The notes beneath the pieces were generated by a model. It worked only from the letters and a program-made list of their open reading frames with translations. It searched no databases and had not been told where the DNA came from. From IMG/VR virus record IMGVR_UViG_3300027833_001879, positions 1 to 56,816 of that record: a stretch of 56,816 nt of DNA; one strand, written 5' to 3'. The DNA comes from a virus. Lineage: Duplodnaviria > Caudoviricetes. The first letter of the stretch is position 1; each line of letters starts with the position of its first letter. Of this stretch, positions 38,027 to 48,469 are shown piece after piece. The position numbers and the translations under genes were made by a program.

Positions 38027-39697
38027 TTATCCAATGGCTTCAATTGTAAATTCACTAAAACCTGCATCTTTAGTAATTTCTAGTTTTTTATCAAAATATT
38101 CACTAGGCAATACAGTATGATTAATTACAAATGTATTAAGGCCAATATCTTGTATAGTGTTATGAAGTATGTTAATTATATGGTATACACCATCTGAATC
38201 AATAGAAGAAAATATTTCATCCAAGAATAAAATATTTAAAGATGGAAATCTAACTTTAATCATTTTCATTAATGCCATAATAATTACGAAGTCTACTTTT
38301 TTCTTTTCTCCGGTGCTTAATGTCTTTGCGCTTATTTCGGTTCCTAGGTGATGTAAGGTACAAAAAAACTTTTCATTAAATCTTATACCAAAAGGTATTC
38401 CCATTTCTCTACCCATCAAAAGTATATGATTGTTAAATGATGGAAGTATAGATCTTACTGCTAAATTCTTAATACCGTCTTCACCTAATAAATTTTCAAG
38501 TATAGTTAAATAATAATCTTCACCTTCACTTTTTAACTTGCCATCACTTTTATCTTTTTTACGAGTATTAAAATCTAACACAAGTTGCTTTAAGTCGGAT
38601 GATGAATCAGATTCGTCTTTATCGGCTAATTCAATTAACTTATGTTTAATATTTTCCATTTGTGTTTCTAACTGCCCAGCCTTTACATGGATTGACCGCC
38701 CTTTAATTCTTAAGTCATGTAATTTACTAACAGAATCTTCATAATCTTTTTTAACAGATTTAAATTGATTATTGAGAGTTATTAAAGATTCTTCTTTTTC
38801 TTTTTTAATTCCTAAATGAAAATCAGAAGTTAATGGAGCAGTACAAGTAGGGCATGTTGAATTTTCAAACAATTTTAAATCTTGCTTAATATTAGAAATT
38901 TTATTAGTCAAAGTAGAATGTTCTGATGACTTATCCCTAGATTCTTTATCTAAAGACTCTAATTTTGTTTTAGTTAATTCAGTAAATTTATTTAATTTTT
39001 TCCGATTTTCATTTAATTCAATTAAATCAGTTTTTAATTTTTTAACTTTGGATTTATCTTTTTCTGCTGCTAATAATTCTATTTGCTCAATCTTATCATA
39101 TACTGAATCAATAGATTCATTAAGAGTTCTTATTTCATCTGCATAAGTACGAATTTCATCAATTATACTTTTACGCTTTTCTTTTACAGATTCAGCCATT
39201 TCATTAATAATTGAAAAACCAAAGATCTTATCTATAATTCTTTTCTTATCATAAGGCGACATTGTAATAAATGATTTAAAATCATTAACCGATAAAATAA
39301 TTACATTCTTAAATACATGATATGGTATTTCATATATTTCAGTTTCTAAAAAATCTTGTAAGTTTACTTTACCTGCAACGTCATAGTCTTCTCCATTGAT
39401 TTTTACATTAAAAATACCTGGGTTAATACCTCTTTCAATTTCAAGCTTATTGCCTTTTGACTCTAGCCAAATCTTACCCCATAGTGCACCATTGACTCTG
39501 TTAGGTAAATCTTTTAAAGTTGATCCTTCTACTTTACCATAACACAAATAAGTAATTACTTTTGCTAAGGTACTTTTACCTGCACCGTTACCACCTAAGA
39601 CTAGATATAAATTACTTTTATCTTCTTCAAAATCTATTATTTGTAATCTATTGCCGTAACTTGCAAAGTTTTTAAATTCTACTTTTTTAATCTTCAT
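38027..39697 (-). CDS. gp46: Recombination endonuclease ATPase subunit (SbcC/Rad50-like)
   Basis: KNFASYG, GGNGAGKST, CPTC zinc hook, LSTGEKK, LFLDEIFSSID, INH. Confidence 0.95.
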   Translation of the reverse strand: MKIKKVEFKNFASYGNRLQIIDFEEDKSNLYLVLGGNGAGKSTLAKVITYLCYGKVEGSTLKDLPNRVNGALWGKIWLESKGNKLEIERGINPGIFNVKINGEDYDVAGKVNLQDFLETEIYEIPYHVFKNVIILSVNDFKSFITMSPYDKKRIIDKIFGFSIINEMAESVKEKRKSIIDEIRTYADEIRTLNESIDSVYDKIEQIELLAAEKDKSKVKKLKTDLIELNENRKKLNKFTELTKTKLESLDKESRDKSSEHSTLTNKISNIKQDLKLFENSTCPTCTAPLTSDFHLGIKKEKEESLITLNNQFKSVKKDYEDSVSKLHDLRIKGRSIHVKAGQLETQMENIKHKLIELADKDESDSSSDLKQLVLDFNTRKKDKSDGKLKSEGEDYYLTILENLLGEDGIKNLAVRSILPSFNNHILLMGREMGIPFGIRFNEKFFCTLHHLGTEISAKTLSTGEKKKVDFVIIMALMKMIKVRFPSLNILFLDEIFSSIDSDGVYHIINILHNTIQDIGLNTFVINHTVLPSEYFDKKLEITKDAGFSEFTIEAIG

Positions 39698-40775
39698 AGT
39701 TAGGTGATAAGGTTTTCTTGTATAATTCTTGCACTGATGTTTTTAGCCTTTCCTTTAAATCATTATCATAATCTAATGAATTAATATGTTCTGCTGCAAT
39801 ATTCATTAAATTTAATTCGCCGTCAAAATCTGACATTTCACCGTCTTCTCTATCATAAGGATTCTCTTCATCATATATCCTAGGCTCGAGCTTTCTGGCT
39901 AAACCATCAAGATAATCCATAAACATATTAATGTTATACTTACCTAACACATTAGAAGGTATAAAAACATCAACAAAATTATTTTTTATTTCTTTTGCCA
40001 CATCTTCCATTCTCATTTCTAATATTTCATTAATGTAATATCGTAAAAATATTGGGCTTAGGTGATTCTCAAAAAATTGGTGATTGCCAGTTTCTAGGTC
40101 TAATAAAAATATACCTTTTTGGTTATCTCGGTCAGACCTGGTCATTTGGTATGGATTTCCTACAAGGACAAAATTTTCTTTAGCTTGGCAATAATGAATA
40201 TGGCCAGAATAAACTCTTTTAAATCTTTTAAATATAGTTACATCATTTCCGCCATCATGTAAATGTTTTGTACTTGGACTAATCTGAACTCCTCTAGTTT
40301 CAGTATGACAAAACATATAATCAATATTCTCTGTAAGATTATCTAAAGTTTCTTTTTCATGTTCATGGTTTCTTCTCCATGGCATTAACAAACAAGTAGC
40401 ATCTTTATATTTTAATATCTTAGGTTCTTTTAATACATTTACATTAGGTAAATATTTTAAACAATCAACTGATGATATTTCATTTGAATTCTTTCTCATT
40501 ATATCATGATTTCCTACAATGATATGAATATCCGGAAATATTTTGCCTAATTCTTCAAATACTCTAATCGCTAAATCTTGGGCAGCTAAATTAACACTTT
40601 GTCTATTATCAAAAACATCTCCTAAATGATAAAGAACATCACCTTCTTTATATTCTTTCTTTACTAAGGGTATAAAAAAATTAAAAAAGTAATCTTCAAT
40701 TATTTGGAGCCATAACACAGAATTTGATCTACATCCTAAATGTGAATCGGATACCATCCATATTCTCTTTGCCAT
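39687..40775 (-). CDS. gp47: Recombination endonuclease nuclease subunit (SbcD/Mre11-like)
   Basis: SDSHLG, LGDVFD, VGNHD, SGHIH, GNPYQ. Confidence 0.95.
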   Translation of the reverse strand: MAKRIWMVSDSHLGCRSNSVLWLQIIEDYFFNFFIPLVKKEYKEGDVLYHLGDVFDNRQSVNLAAQDLAIRVFEELGKIFPDIHIIVGNHDIMRKNSNEISSVDCLKYLPNVNVLKEPKILKYKDATCLLMPWRRNHEHEKETLDNLTENIDYMFCHTETRGVQISPSTKHLHDGGNDVTIFKRFKRVYSGHIHYCQAKENFVLVGNPYQMTRSDRDNQKGIFLLDLETGNHQFFENHLSPIFLRYYINEILEMRMEDVAKEIKNNFVDVFIPSNVLGKYNINMFMDYLDGLARKLEPRIYDEENPYDREDGEMSDFDGELNLMNIAAEHINSLDYDNDLKERLKTSVQELYKKTLSPNYED

Positions 40776-40776
40776 A

Positions 40777-41271
40777 TTAAAATAATTTTCTGATTTTTCT
40801 TTTTTCTAAAATATTGTATTTTGCATCTAATTCATTAATTAATTCATCCTTGAATTTATTAGATAATGAGTTGTAAAATTTATTTGGGAACACATCAAAG
40901 TAATCTGATAAAACACCGAATAAATCTATTCTCGTATATGAAGTTCCAGTTTTTTCTATAATATAAAAAAAGACTTTATTAATTTGTACTTTATTTAATT
41001 TTTTAATAACGCCTTCTGGTGTAGCTTCATTAAGATGCTCAAATTCACTTCCTTTAATTAATTCATCTATTCTGTCAAACATAGAATCATAATGCATCTT
41101 ATCATCAGGATCCATATTATCCAACCATGATGCCGAAACTGTAAAGTTTATTTTATTTAATGATAAATCTTGTTCACCATAAGTATTATTAAAAATCTTA
41201 TCCTTTTCAACATGTCCAGATTTTTTATCATCTTCGCCTTTTGTTAAAGCTTTTTTCTTTTTTCCCCACAT
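40777..41271 (-). CDS. Hypothetical protein
   Basis: 164-aa ORF in replication operon. Confidence 0.75.
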   Translation of the reverse strand: MWGKKKKALTKGEDDKKSGHVEKDKIFNNTYGEQDLSLNKINFTVSASWLDNMDPDDKMHYDSMFDRIDELIKGSEFEHLNEATPEGVIKKLNKVQINKVFFYIIEKTGTSYTRIDLFGVLSDYFDVFPNKFYNSLSNKFKDELINELDAKYNILEKRKIRKLF

Positions 41272-41290
41272 ACTATTTTATATTTTTTTA

Positions 41291-42577
41291 TTAAACTGAT
41301 ATATCATCCGTTTCGGTTAATCTCATATGCTCATAATCAATATCAAATTTACACCTCGATCCTTTTCCTTGACCGTCTCTAATTTTTAAAACCTTTAACC
41401 AATATTCTCGCTCTGAATGCATTACGGAATCTTGTATTAATGCATACATTACATCAGCAGTATGCGCAAGACCTGCTGATTCTGCAATGTTTTCCATTCT
41501 TACCTCAGTTGCATCCCATGCACCACGATTAATTTGAGTTGCAGATATTACTAACATATCCCTCTTAACTGCTAATGCTCTAAGATCTTCTGCAATTTGT
41601 TTAATCTTCATATAAGTATTTTCAGTATTAGGATTTCTATAATTTGCAAGAATGTTAATATAATCTACAACTAATACATTTACTTTATGATCTTGGTTTT
41701 CTTCTAAATCTTTTAAGTAAGCTTCTATATCTGGAATGGTTCCTTGTGAAGTTGGATATTCTTTAACAAATAATTTACCAGGAGGTAGTAAACCTCTTGA
41801 TACTTTTTCCAACCTCCGTTTCATATAATCTCTATTCCCAGAATTTTTATCATATTCACTCATTGGAATATGCAAAAGATTAGCACCTATTCTTTTTAAT
41901 ACTTTTTGAGCTGACATCTCAGCCGTTATGAAAACTACGTTATGACCCATCTTAACAAAGTTTGCAGCATCATTTGCTAACCATATAGATTTACCAATAT
42001 TTTGTTCTCCTGCATAAACGATTAAAGATTTAGTATCATAACCTCCGCCAGATACACGATCAACAAAACTCCACCCTGTTTCTATTTTCTTTGATGTTCT
42101 TTGAATATGAGATTCAGGATTAAAGAAATCTAAACCAGTATCAGTATCAAAATTAATTGATCCATCTGTAGATATCATTCCTATTGCTCTATTAACAACA
42201 TCCTCTACATTCTCTGGAGAAACATCTTGAGTTTTTACATATTCAATTGTTCTTACTAACTGTTTATCAAAATGTTTCCATTTAACCCATGCCTCACCAG
42301 TTCTCTTTAACCAATCTTGATCATAGTCTTTAATATTAATATCATAAATAGAAGTTACAATATCTCCAGATATTTCATTTACATCATCCTTTACTAAAGC
42401 TGACATTTGTTGTTTGGATGGACTTTCACCAAACTTTAAATAAAAATCTTTTGCTAACTTTGCAATTTGATCTAGATCCCTATTACCAAAAAAGCCATTA
42501 CCTGTGCCCTTTAAGTAATGCGGTTTTGTTAAAAAATAATTAAAGAAAATCTTTTCGTGATCTATACTTGATTTCAT
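41291..42577 (-). CDS. gp41: Replicative DnaB-like helicase
   Basis: AGEQNIGKS, ITAEMS, VKEYPT, VVDYINI, AEDLRALA, SATQINR, AESAGL. Confidence 0.95.
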   Translation of the reverse strand: MKSSIDHEKIFFNYFLTKPHYLKGTGNGFFGNRDLDQIAKLAKDFYLKFGESPSKQQMSALVKDDVNEISGDIVTSIYDINIKDYDQDWLKRTGEAWVKWKHFDKQLVRTIEYVKTQDVSPENVEDVVNRAIGMISTDGSINFDTDTGLDFFNPESHIQRTSKKIETGWSFVDRVSGGGYDTKSLIVYAGEQNIGKSIWLANDAANFVKMGHNVVFITAEMSAQKVLKRIGANLLHIPMSEYDKNSGNRDYMKRRLEKVSRGLLPPGKLFVKEYPTSQGTIPDIEAYLKDLEENQDHKVNVLVVDYINILANYRNPNTENTYMKIKQIAEDLRALAVKRDMLVISATQINRGAWDATEVRMENIAESAGLAHTADVMYALIQDSVMHSEREYWLKVLKIRDGQGKGSRCKFDIDYEHMRLTETDDISV

Positions 42578-42589
42578 GTAGTTTTATTT

Positions 42590-42616
42590 TTATATGCTAG
42601 TAAACATAATTAGTTT
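42590..42616 (-). promoter_or_regulatory. Putative middle-type promoter
   Basis: AAAC-N16-CATATAA. Confidence 0.6.
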
Positions 42617-42915
42617 TATTCATACGGATTATAAATTACTTCATAAGTCGTATATGCAGAATTTTGCAATGAAATATTAACAAGTTTATGTTTTAATAAA
42701 GTAGTTAAAATAGTATTGCATTGTTCTTTTGATAAGTCCCAACGTTTTGCCATAGAGATATCTGTAAATTTAATCTCCTTTGCAACCTTACCACAGTAAT
42801 CACGTATTAATTCAAAAATAACATCTTCTGCATCAGGGTATGACGGTAGTGTAGTATGATTTCCTAATACATATTTTACTTTGAGCTTTGCTGTATTAAG
42901 AGTTTTCGGTAACAT
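42616..42915 (-). CDS. Hypothetical protein, possible winged helix
   Basis: MAKRWDLSKEQCNTILTTLLKHKLV HTH-like segment. Confidence 0.6.
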   Translation of the reverse strand: MLPKTLNTAKLKVKYVLGNHTTLPSYPDAEDVIFELIRDYCGKVAKEIKFTDISMAKRWDLSKEQCNTILTTLLKHKLVNISLQNSAYTTYEVIYNPYE

Positions 42916-44104
42916 CGTCTTCTGTTGTTTCTGTAATTATATCTGCTAATTCTTCTTGCTCTAATTCATCACCATAAGTAAACTTTGCAGCTACTTGTGG
43001 TTCAATTAATTTTAATACATCATCAGTTAAAACTTGTGGTGTATATAATTGATTAAGATCAACTGCGTCATTTAAATGTTTTACACAAATCTTACGTGCA
43101 GTAGGAGAAGGTTGGAAATAAACAGTAACTTCCTTTTTATCTTTTTTAAATGAATGCTTACGGCAATCTGCTTTACCTGGATCTGTTAATTTTGCATATG
43201 CACCTTCGGTAATAAACCTTCCTCTTTCAATACCACATACATCCCAGCTAATATATTCTTCTAAACCTACATACGGATTCATACCTTTATTAAAAGAAAT
43301 ATGGAATTTAATATTTGTTGGTTTTGCAAATCTATTTTTATTTGGTTTAGCAGTTACAATAATTCCAGTCTGTTCTATACCTTCTTTAAGTTTAGCTTTA
43401 CCTAAAAATAAAATAATAGAAGCTGCATATTCTGGACCAGTTCCACCACCACCTACTTGCCTTGAAAATAAATCTTGTGTTTGGTAAGTATGATTTGTAA
43501 ATAAGAATGGAATTTTACAAATACCGAATTGCGTCATAATAATTCTAAAGGTAGATTTAAGTAATTTAGCTCTTGTCATATCAGCTTTACTACTTCCAGT
43601 TTTTGCATCATCAATTTCTTTTTGAGTTGCAAGGTTACCAGCAGAATCTAAAACTACCATAATTTTTGGTAATGCAATTCCTTTTTTCTTTTGTTCTATT
43701 AATACATCAGTAATAGCAGTTACCGAACTCCTAAATTCTTGAACAGTATTACATGGCTCATACCTAAAAGTTTTTGGATCAATGCCAAATTTTTCAACTA
43801 AGTTTTTATCTACTGCATTTTCTGAATCATAAAAAATTATACTATATCCTTGTTTTTGAGCCTGTTTAATTGCATTAAGTATAAGATAAGTTTTACCGGT
43901 ACCTGATGGTCCTGCTAATGCAACTGCTCTGTTATTTGGATAACCACCAAATAAAGATCCAGTTAAACATGCATTAAGATGATAATTTCCAGTTGGTATA
44001 TAATGATCAATTTCTGAAATAGTTGATTTATCTAAAGTCTCTCCGTATTCGGATATCTTTGACATTTCTTTGTTTAAATCTGCGAATGAAAATTCCTTTG
44101 CCAT
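42896..44104 (-). CDS. uvsX: RecA-like recombinase
   Basis: AGPSGTGKT, YDSE, LDSAGNL, DMTRAK, TNHTY, GGGTG..Y. Confidence 0.95.
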   Translation of the reverse strand: MAKEFSFADLNKEMSKISEYGETLDKSTISEIDHYIPTGNYHLNACLTGSLFGGYPNNRAVALAGPSGTGKTYLILNAIKQAQKQGYSIIFYDSENAVDKNLVEKFGIDPKTFRYEPCNTVQEFRSSVTAITDVLIEQKKKGIALPKIMVVLDSAGNLATQKEIDDAKTGSSKADMTRAKLLKSTFRIIMTQFGICKIPFLFTNHTYQTQDLFSRQVGGGGTGPEYAASIILFLGKAKLKEGIEQTGIIVTAKPNKNRFAKPTNIKFHISFNKGMNPYVGLEEYISWDVCGIERGRFITEGAYAKLTDPGKADCRKHSFKKDKKEVTVYFQPSPTARKICVKHLNDAVDLNQLYTPQVLTDDVLKLIEPQVAAKFTYGDELEQEELADIITETTEDDVTENS

Positions 44105-44121
44105 ATTGTTATTGTTTATTA

Positions 44122-44147
44122 TTATATTGATTTTTTACCTTTTGTTT
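44122..44147 (-). promoter_or_regulatory. Putative middle-type promoter
   Basis: AAAC-N15-AATATAA. Confidence 0.5.
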
Positions 44148-44149
44148 AC

Positions 44150-45274
44150 TTAGAATAAACTGGTTGTGTAAATAAGATTTCTGTTAAATGCCTTAAATCC
44201 CATTGCTGTAACAACACGATTAATTGGATCTAATATTGTTTTTTCAAATTGTCTGTCATGATCAATTTGTGGTGCAAATTCATAAGGATATTCCCCAGGT
44301 GCAAAAGCAAACACTTCACACGATTTGTCTGTTGAGAAATACATTTTACATTTTTCACCATTTCCTAGCGGTTGGTATTTACCTTTAGATGTAGAGTTAT
44401 TTAATAAATAATTATGATAGCCTGCAGATCTAACACCGATTGGGCACCTTGATGCAAATTCAAATGTTTCATAATCATTAACAATATACTTTTGATAGTT
44501 ATTTACTTTTCTTGAAAAACATATTTGATCTACATTTGCTAATTTAAATTGTCGTTTGATATCTTTAAGCAAAGCGGCAAAAGCTTTCATATCTAATTTA
44601 TCAACTGAGAAAATATATGTTAATAATTCTTTTAGTTTTTCTCTAGCAAAAATTGGGGTTGATGATTGAATAATTTCAAAACCCTTTGAGCTAATTTTAG
44701 ATAAGTCATCATAATGAATATCTGGATCTTTCCATACAATATTTTGCATGTACTTTTTCTTTGCTAACCATATTGCATTTTTGGCAATACTTTCTAATTC
44801 AAATGATAAAAAGTTTTCTGCATTATTATCATCAGCATATCTTTGAAGGATCTTTTCTAAATAACCATTTACCCTAACTTTATATAGCATTAAAATAAAT
44901 TCCTTTTCATCACCGTCAAATCCTTCTGATTTTGCTATGACTTCATCAAACTTAACATAAACTGAATCTGTATCAATATAAATACCTACTGGATTTTCAA
45001 TTCTACCGGTTACAGTAATTCCCATTTCTTTGTGGGCAGCAATATCTTTATGCCAATATTGACTAAAGTATCTATTTAATAATTCCTCAGTGTAAAGAAT
45101 AGCATCTTTACCTTGTAAAGTAATAGTTTCTGCAATATCTACATTAAAAAAATAAAAATAAGGATTACCAAATGCACCATAAATAGAGTTAAGCATTAAT
45201 TTAACAGCCTGTTCATAGTTATAAAACTTTGATGCTTCTTTATTAATTTCTTGTAATTCGGTAAGATCTTGCAT
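44150..45274 (-). CDS. gp43: Family B DNA polymerase, C-terminal subunit (split gp43)
   Basis: QAVKLMLNSIYGAFGN (motif B), ITLQG, YIDTDS (motif C), AKKKY, KGFEI..SSTP; no exonuclease domain or motif A. Confidence 0.9.
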   Translation of the reverse strand: MQDLTELQEINKEASKFYNYEQAVKLMLNSIYGAFGNPYFYFFNVDIAETITLQGKDAILYTEELLNRYFSQYWHKDIAAHKEMGITVTGRIENPVGIYIDTDSVYVKFDEVIAKSEGFDGDEKEFILMLYKVRVNGYLEKILQRYADDNNAENFLSFELESIAKNAIWLAKKKYMQNIVWKDPDIHYDDLSKISSKGFEIIQSSTPIFAREKLKELLTYIFSVDKLDMKAFAALLKDIKRQFKLANVDQICFSRKVNNYQKYIVNDYETFEFASRCPIGVRSAGYHNYLLNNSTSKGKYQPLGNGEKCKMYFSTDKSCEVFAFAPGEYPYEFAPQIDHDRQFEKTILDPINRVVTAMGFKAFNRNLIYTTSLF

Positions 45275-45290
45275 ATTTTTTTATTTATTT

Positions 45291-45317
45291 TTATATAGCC
45301 AAATGTATAAAAAGTTT
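45291..45317 (-). promoter_or_regulatory. Putative middle-type promoter
   Basis: AAAC-N16-TATATAA. Confidence 0.6.
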
Positions 45318-45320
45318 AAG

Positions 45321-45348
45321 AAAAAGGCACTCTAATTAGAGTGCCTTT
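45321..45348 (-). terminator. Terminator after sliding clamp gene
   Basis: Perfect palindrome AAAGGCACTCTAATTAGAGTGCCTTT with U-run. Confidence 0.85.
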
Positions 45349-45371
45349 AATAAGTTAATTAGAATGTATAA

Positions 45372-46121
45372 TTAATCTTCGTCGGTAATTGCTACTGCGA
45401 CTGTTAAGTGGGTATTTGTATCTAATGATTTAAATACTACCTTGTTGCTACAAACTATAACCTTGTAGTTTTCTTTATCTAAAAGATTAATATATTTCTT
45501 GTAAATTACAACCTTTTGCCCTACTACATCATCTCCTTCGTATGAATGTGCTAATGTAGCATCATATGATGGTCCTTGTACAGCAACGCCTTTATCTGTT
45601 ATTGCTAAAGTAAAGGTATCCTCATCTCTTTCTAAATTAAATAATGATTTCATTTTATCTACGTGTGTAGTTAAAAGATCAAATTGAAAGATACTTCCAT
45701 CAGTACTAAATGCACGATCAGTTTCTTCTTTACTCATTTCCATAAATGATAAAGATGGATCCGCACATGCTAAATTAATTTTAAGATCATCATTTTCAAT
45801 TGTAAAATCACTTGCCATTAATTCTCCATCAATTTCAGTGTACTTAATCTTACCTTGAATATCTCCATTAAAGTGAGATAGAGCATCTATAACTTTAGTA
45901 CCGTTATAAAAACTTACCTTTACTGAACTGTCAATATCCGTATCAAAGATATCAGATGTTGGGGTTGATACTAATTTCACTGCATCCCTCTCAGGAAAGT
46001 ATACAGATGAAACTGTTCCTTGTTTACCGATTTTCATAAATATGAATTTATCAATTGGTAAAAGCTTTTTGACAAAGGTACTTAATTCGTAACCGTCAAT
46101 CTTTTTAATAGTTGCTTCCAT
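45372..46121 (-). CDS. gp45: Sliding clamp (gp45-like)
   Basis: 249-aa acidic two-domain alpha/beta protein, ADPSL linker, L..ENYKV.V pattern, next to polymerase. Confidence 0.65.
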   Translation of the reverse strand: MEATIKKIDGYELSTFVKKLLPIDKFIFMKIGKQGTVSSVYFPERDAVKLVSTPTSDIFDTDIDSSVKVSFYNGTKVIDALSHFNGDIQGKIKYTEIDGELMASDFTIENDDLKINLACADPSLSFMEMSKEETDRAFSTDGSIFQFDLLTTHVDKMKSLFNLERDEDTFTLAITDKGVAVQGPSYDATLAHSYEGDDVVGQKVVIYKKYINLLDKENYKVIVCSNKVVFKSLDTNTHLTVAVAITDED

Positions 46122-46143
46122 TATTTTTTGTATTTGTTTATTG

Positions 46144-46169
46144 TTATATGCATTAATTTAATTTAGTTT
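46144..46169 (-). promoter_or_regulatory. Putative middle-type promoter
   Basis: AAAC-N15-CATATAA. Confidence 0.6.
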
Positions 46170-47437
46170 TAAAATGTACTATTAACTTTATACTTCTTTT
46201 TTGGTGTTGCACCAAGCTCTTCAGTTACTAGTATTTTTTGATTCGTATTATCCTGTTTCATAAATGTAAAGTTTGTCATTTTAGCTTTACCTTCACAGAA
46301 TTTTTTAACCTCAACAGCCATGTCCATTGCAGTTGTTGCTGGTACATTCTGAGCAATATGATTAACTTGCCTAGCATCTTTAATACCAAAGTCTAAAGGT
46401 AATCCCATTAAGTGTAACATTTCTCTAATGTTTAGGTATCGGTTTTCTGTAGGATGAACACCATTAAACATATTTCTACCAATAAGAGCAGAAAAGCTTT
46501 CATTAAAGAAATGCGGTGAAGCATCCCAATAACCTAAACCTTGACTTGTTTTATATTTCTGATGCTCTAACATATCACCAAATGATTTTGTAGATTTTTT
46601 ATTAGAGAATCCTTGTTTATGATATTTTTTATCTAACCATTGAATACATTCATCTAAAAGATCGTTCTTTTCTAAATATTGAGCAATTGTACCTTTACCA
46701 AATTTCTTAGCAAAGTCAGCATGATTTAAACCTTCCTTCTCTAATACAAATTCATAAGGTTTGTAATGATCAGTTACCTTTCCTGCTACCATAAACATAT
46801 CTTGTAGTGTTGCATTTTCTGGTACTTCTGCAAGATAATCTATAAGATGTTTCTTTTCTCTGAATTTCCATTCCAATAAAGGTACGGTTGGTGTATTCCA
46901 AAAGAAATAGAATGTTCGTATTCTTCTTTGTGGGATTCCATGTAATTCAGTATTTGTTTTAATTAAAGAAAAGCTATATCCATATTTTTCACCAATAGCC
47001 TTTAGTCTATTAACAACGCCTTCACCCATTTTAGTAAATAATCCTGGTGCGTTTTCACCCCATAAGACTTTAGGTTTAACATTCTCTAAAACATACTCCG
47101 ATGAATTATACATCCATTGATTTTGAACCGCATCAGATCCTCTAGATGAGGCACTACCACTAGCAGAATTTAACTGTGACAATCCTGCACAAGGGCAAAC
47201 TGAGTTTACAAAATCAACTTGTTCAAATGTTTGATTAGGAATATCTAATTCTTCATGATCTAGTCTATACATCGGTACTTCTGGCCAATAATCTTCAATA
47301 TGACTTTCATTTGCAGCAAATGCTTCATAGCTTAAATGAAATGCTGGTAAATTACCTGTTGCTTTATTACAACCTATTGCGCTACCACCAATTAGTGGAA
47401 TTATAGTACCCCATTTTAATTCTTTTTCTTTATCCAT
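46169..47437 (-). CDS. DNA cytosine-C5 methyltransferase (divergent phage type)
   Basis: IPLIGG (variant motif I), CPCAGLS (motif IV), GENAP (VI), HGIPQRRIR (VIII), RYLNIRE..LMGLP.DF, IAQNVP. Confidence 0.88.
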   Translation of the reverse strand: MDKEKELKWGTIIPLIGGSAIGCNKATGNLPAFHLSYEAFAANESHIEDYWPEVPMYRLDHEELDIPNQTFEQVDFVNSVCPCAGLSQLNSASGSASSRGSDAVQNQWMYNSSEYVLENVKPKVLWGENAPGLFTKMGEGVVNRLKAIGEKYGYSFSLIKTNTELHGIPQRRIRTFYFFWNTPTVPLLEWKFREKKHLIDYLAEVPENATLQDMFMVAGKVTDHYKPYEFVLEKEGLNHADFAKKFGKGTIAQYLEKNDLLDECIQWLDKKYHKQGFSNKKSTKSFGDMLEHQKYKTSQGLGYWDASPHFFNESFSALIGRNMFNGVHPTENRYLNIREMLHLMGLPLDFGIKDARQVNHIAQNVPATTAMDMAVEVKKFCEGKAKMTNFTFMKQDNTNQKILVTEELGATPKKKYKVNSTF

Positions 47438-47442
47438 TAGTT

Positions 47443-48465
47443 TTATATTTTTACTTTTTCAATTTCTAAATCTTCCATAAATGTTAAAGGATTAATAGTT
47501 CCTTCATTAACTTCATTTTTTAAGTAAGATATAGTTTCCTTTATTGTATCTACAATATCTTTTTTAGGATCCCAGCCCATAGACTTTGCCTTAGAGACAT
47601 CTCCAAAAGAATATACTGCTTCACCTGCAATTGCATCATAATGATCAAATGGTATACCGCTTACATCCATTTCATCAGCAATTAAGTTTTTAAGATCTAA
47701 TAGGTTTGTCATTTTACCTGTTCCTAAATTAAAAGTTTGGTTTGCAGTATCTTCATTTTCCATACAGAGAATATGGAACGCATTAACATCGGCAACATTA
47801 ATATAATCCCTTGATTTTTTATAGTCACCAAATACAATAGGATTATGACCACCCATTATTCTTAGTATAAAACCAGCAAATACTGGAGGTACTGTTCTAT
47901 GATAATCCTGCAAAGGTCCTGCTACATTAAAATATCTAAGTGCAGTATAATTTAAACCTTTAGTTCTTTGATAAGATTCTGCTAACAGCGCAAGACATGC
48001 TTTTGTTGTAGAATAAATTGTTGTTGGATCTGATTGAGTTTCATTATAACCAGCATCACCCATTTTACAATTTTCATATACAGCTGAAGTTTCGCTAAAA
48101 ATAATTCTTTTTACATTTGCCTTAACACAACCGTTCATTACATTAATACTTCCTAAAATATTATTATCTACTGCTTCATAGGGGTCTGCGTTACAATCAT
48201 AAATGGAAACCCAGCCTGCAAAATGATATACATAATCTGGTGCAAATTTTTCAATTACAGTTTCAACATATTGATTTCTAATATCTACTTTATTAAAATT
48301 TTTAATTTTATCATGAACTTTAGGAATGTAGGTACCATTAGACATATTGTCAACAATTGCAATACAGTCTGGGTTATGGCCTCTATTTAGTAAATCATTA
48401 ATAAAATTGGTACCAATAAAACCAGCACCACCTGTTACTAGGATTTTTGTTTCTGAATTATACAT
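47443..48465 (-). CDS. NAD-dependent nucleotide-sugar epimerase/dehydratase
   Basis: TGGAGFIG, YSTTK, LRYFNVAG, RDYINV.D, FNLGTG. Confidence 0.92.
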   Translation of the reverse strand: MYNSETKILVTGGAGFIGTNFINDLLNRGHNPDCIAIVDNMSNGTYIPKVHDKIKNFNKVDIRNQYVETVIEKFAPDYVYHFAGWVSIYDCNADPYEAVDNNILGSINVMNGCVKANVKRIIFSETSAVYENCKMGDAGYNETQSDPTTIYSTTKACLALLAESYQRTKGLNYTALRYFNVAGPLQDYHRTVPPVFAGFILRIMGGHNPIVFGDYKKSRDYINVADVNAFHILCMENEDTANQTFNLGTGKMTNLLDLKNLIADEMDVSGIPFDHYDAIAGEAVYSFGDVSKAKSMGWDPKKDIVDTIKETISYLKNEVNEGTINPLTFMEDLEIEKVKI

Positions 48466-48469
48466 ATTT

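Noticed and set aside
40777-41271. gp33 late co-activator assignment
   Set aside because: Only a vague C-terminal resemblance; cannot be supported without a profile search
16820-45274. Introns or inteins in terminase, portal, helicase, UvsX or polymerase
   Set aside because: Proteins are of normal length with contiguous motifs; no intein termini or interrupted frames seen
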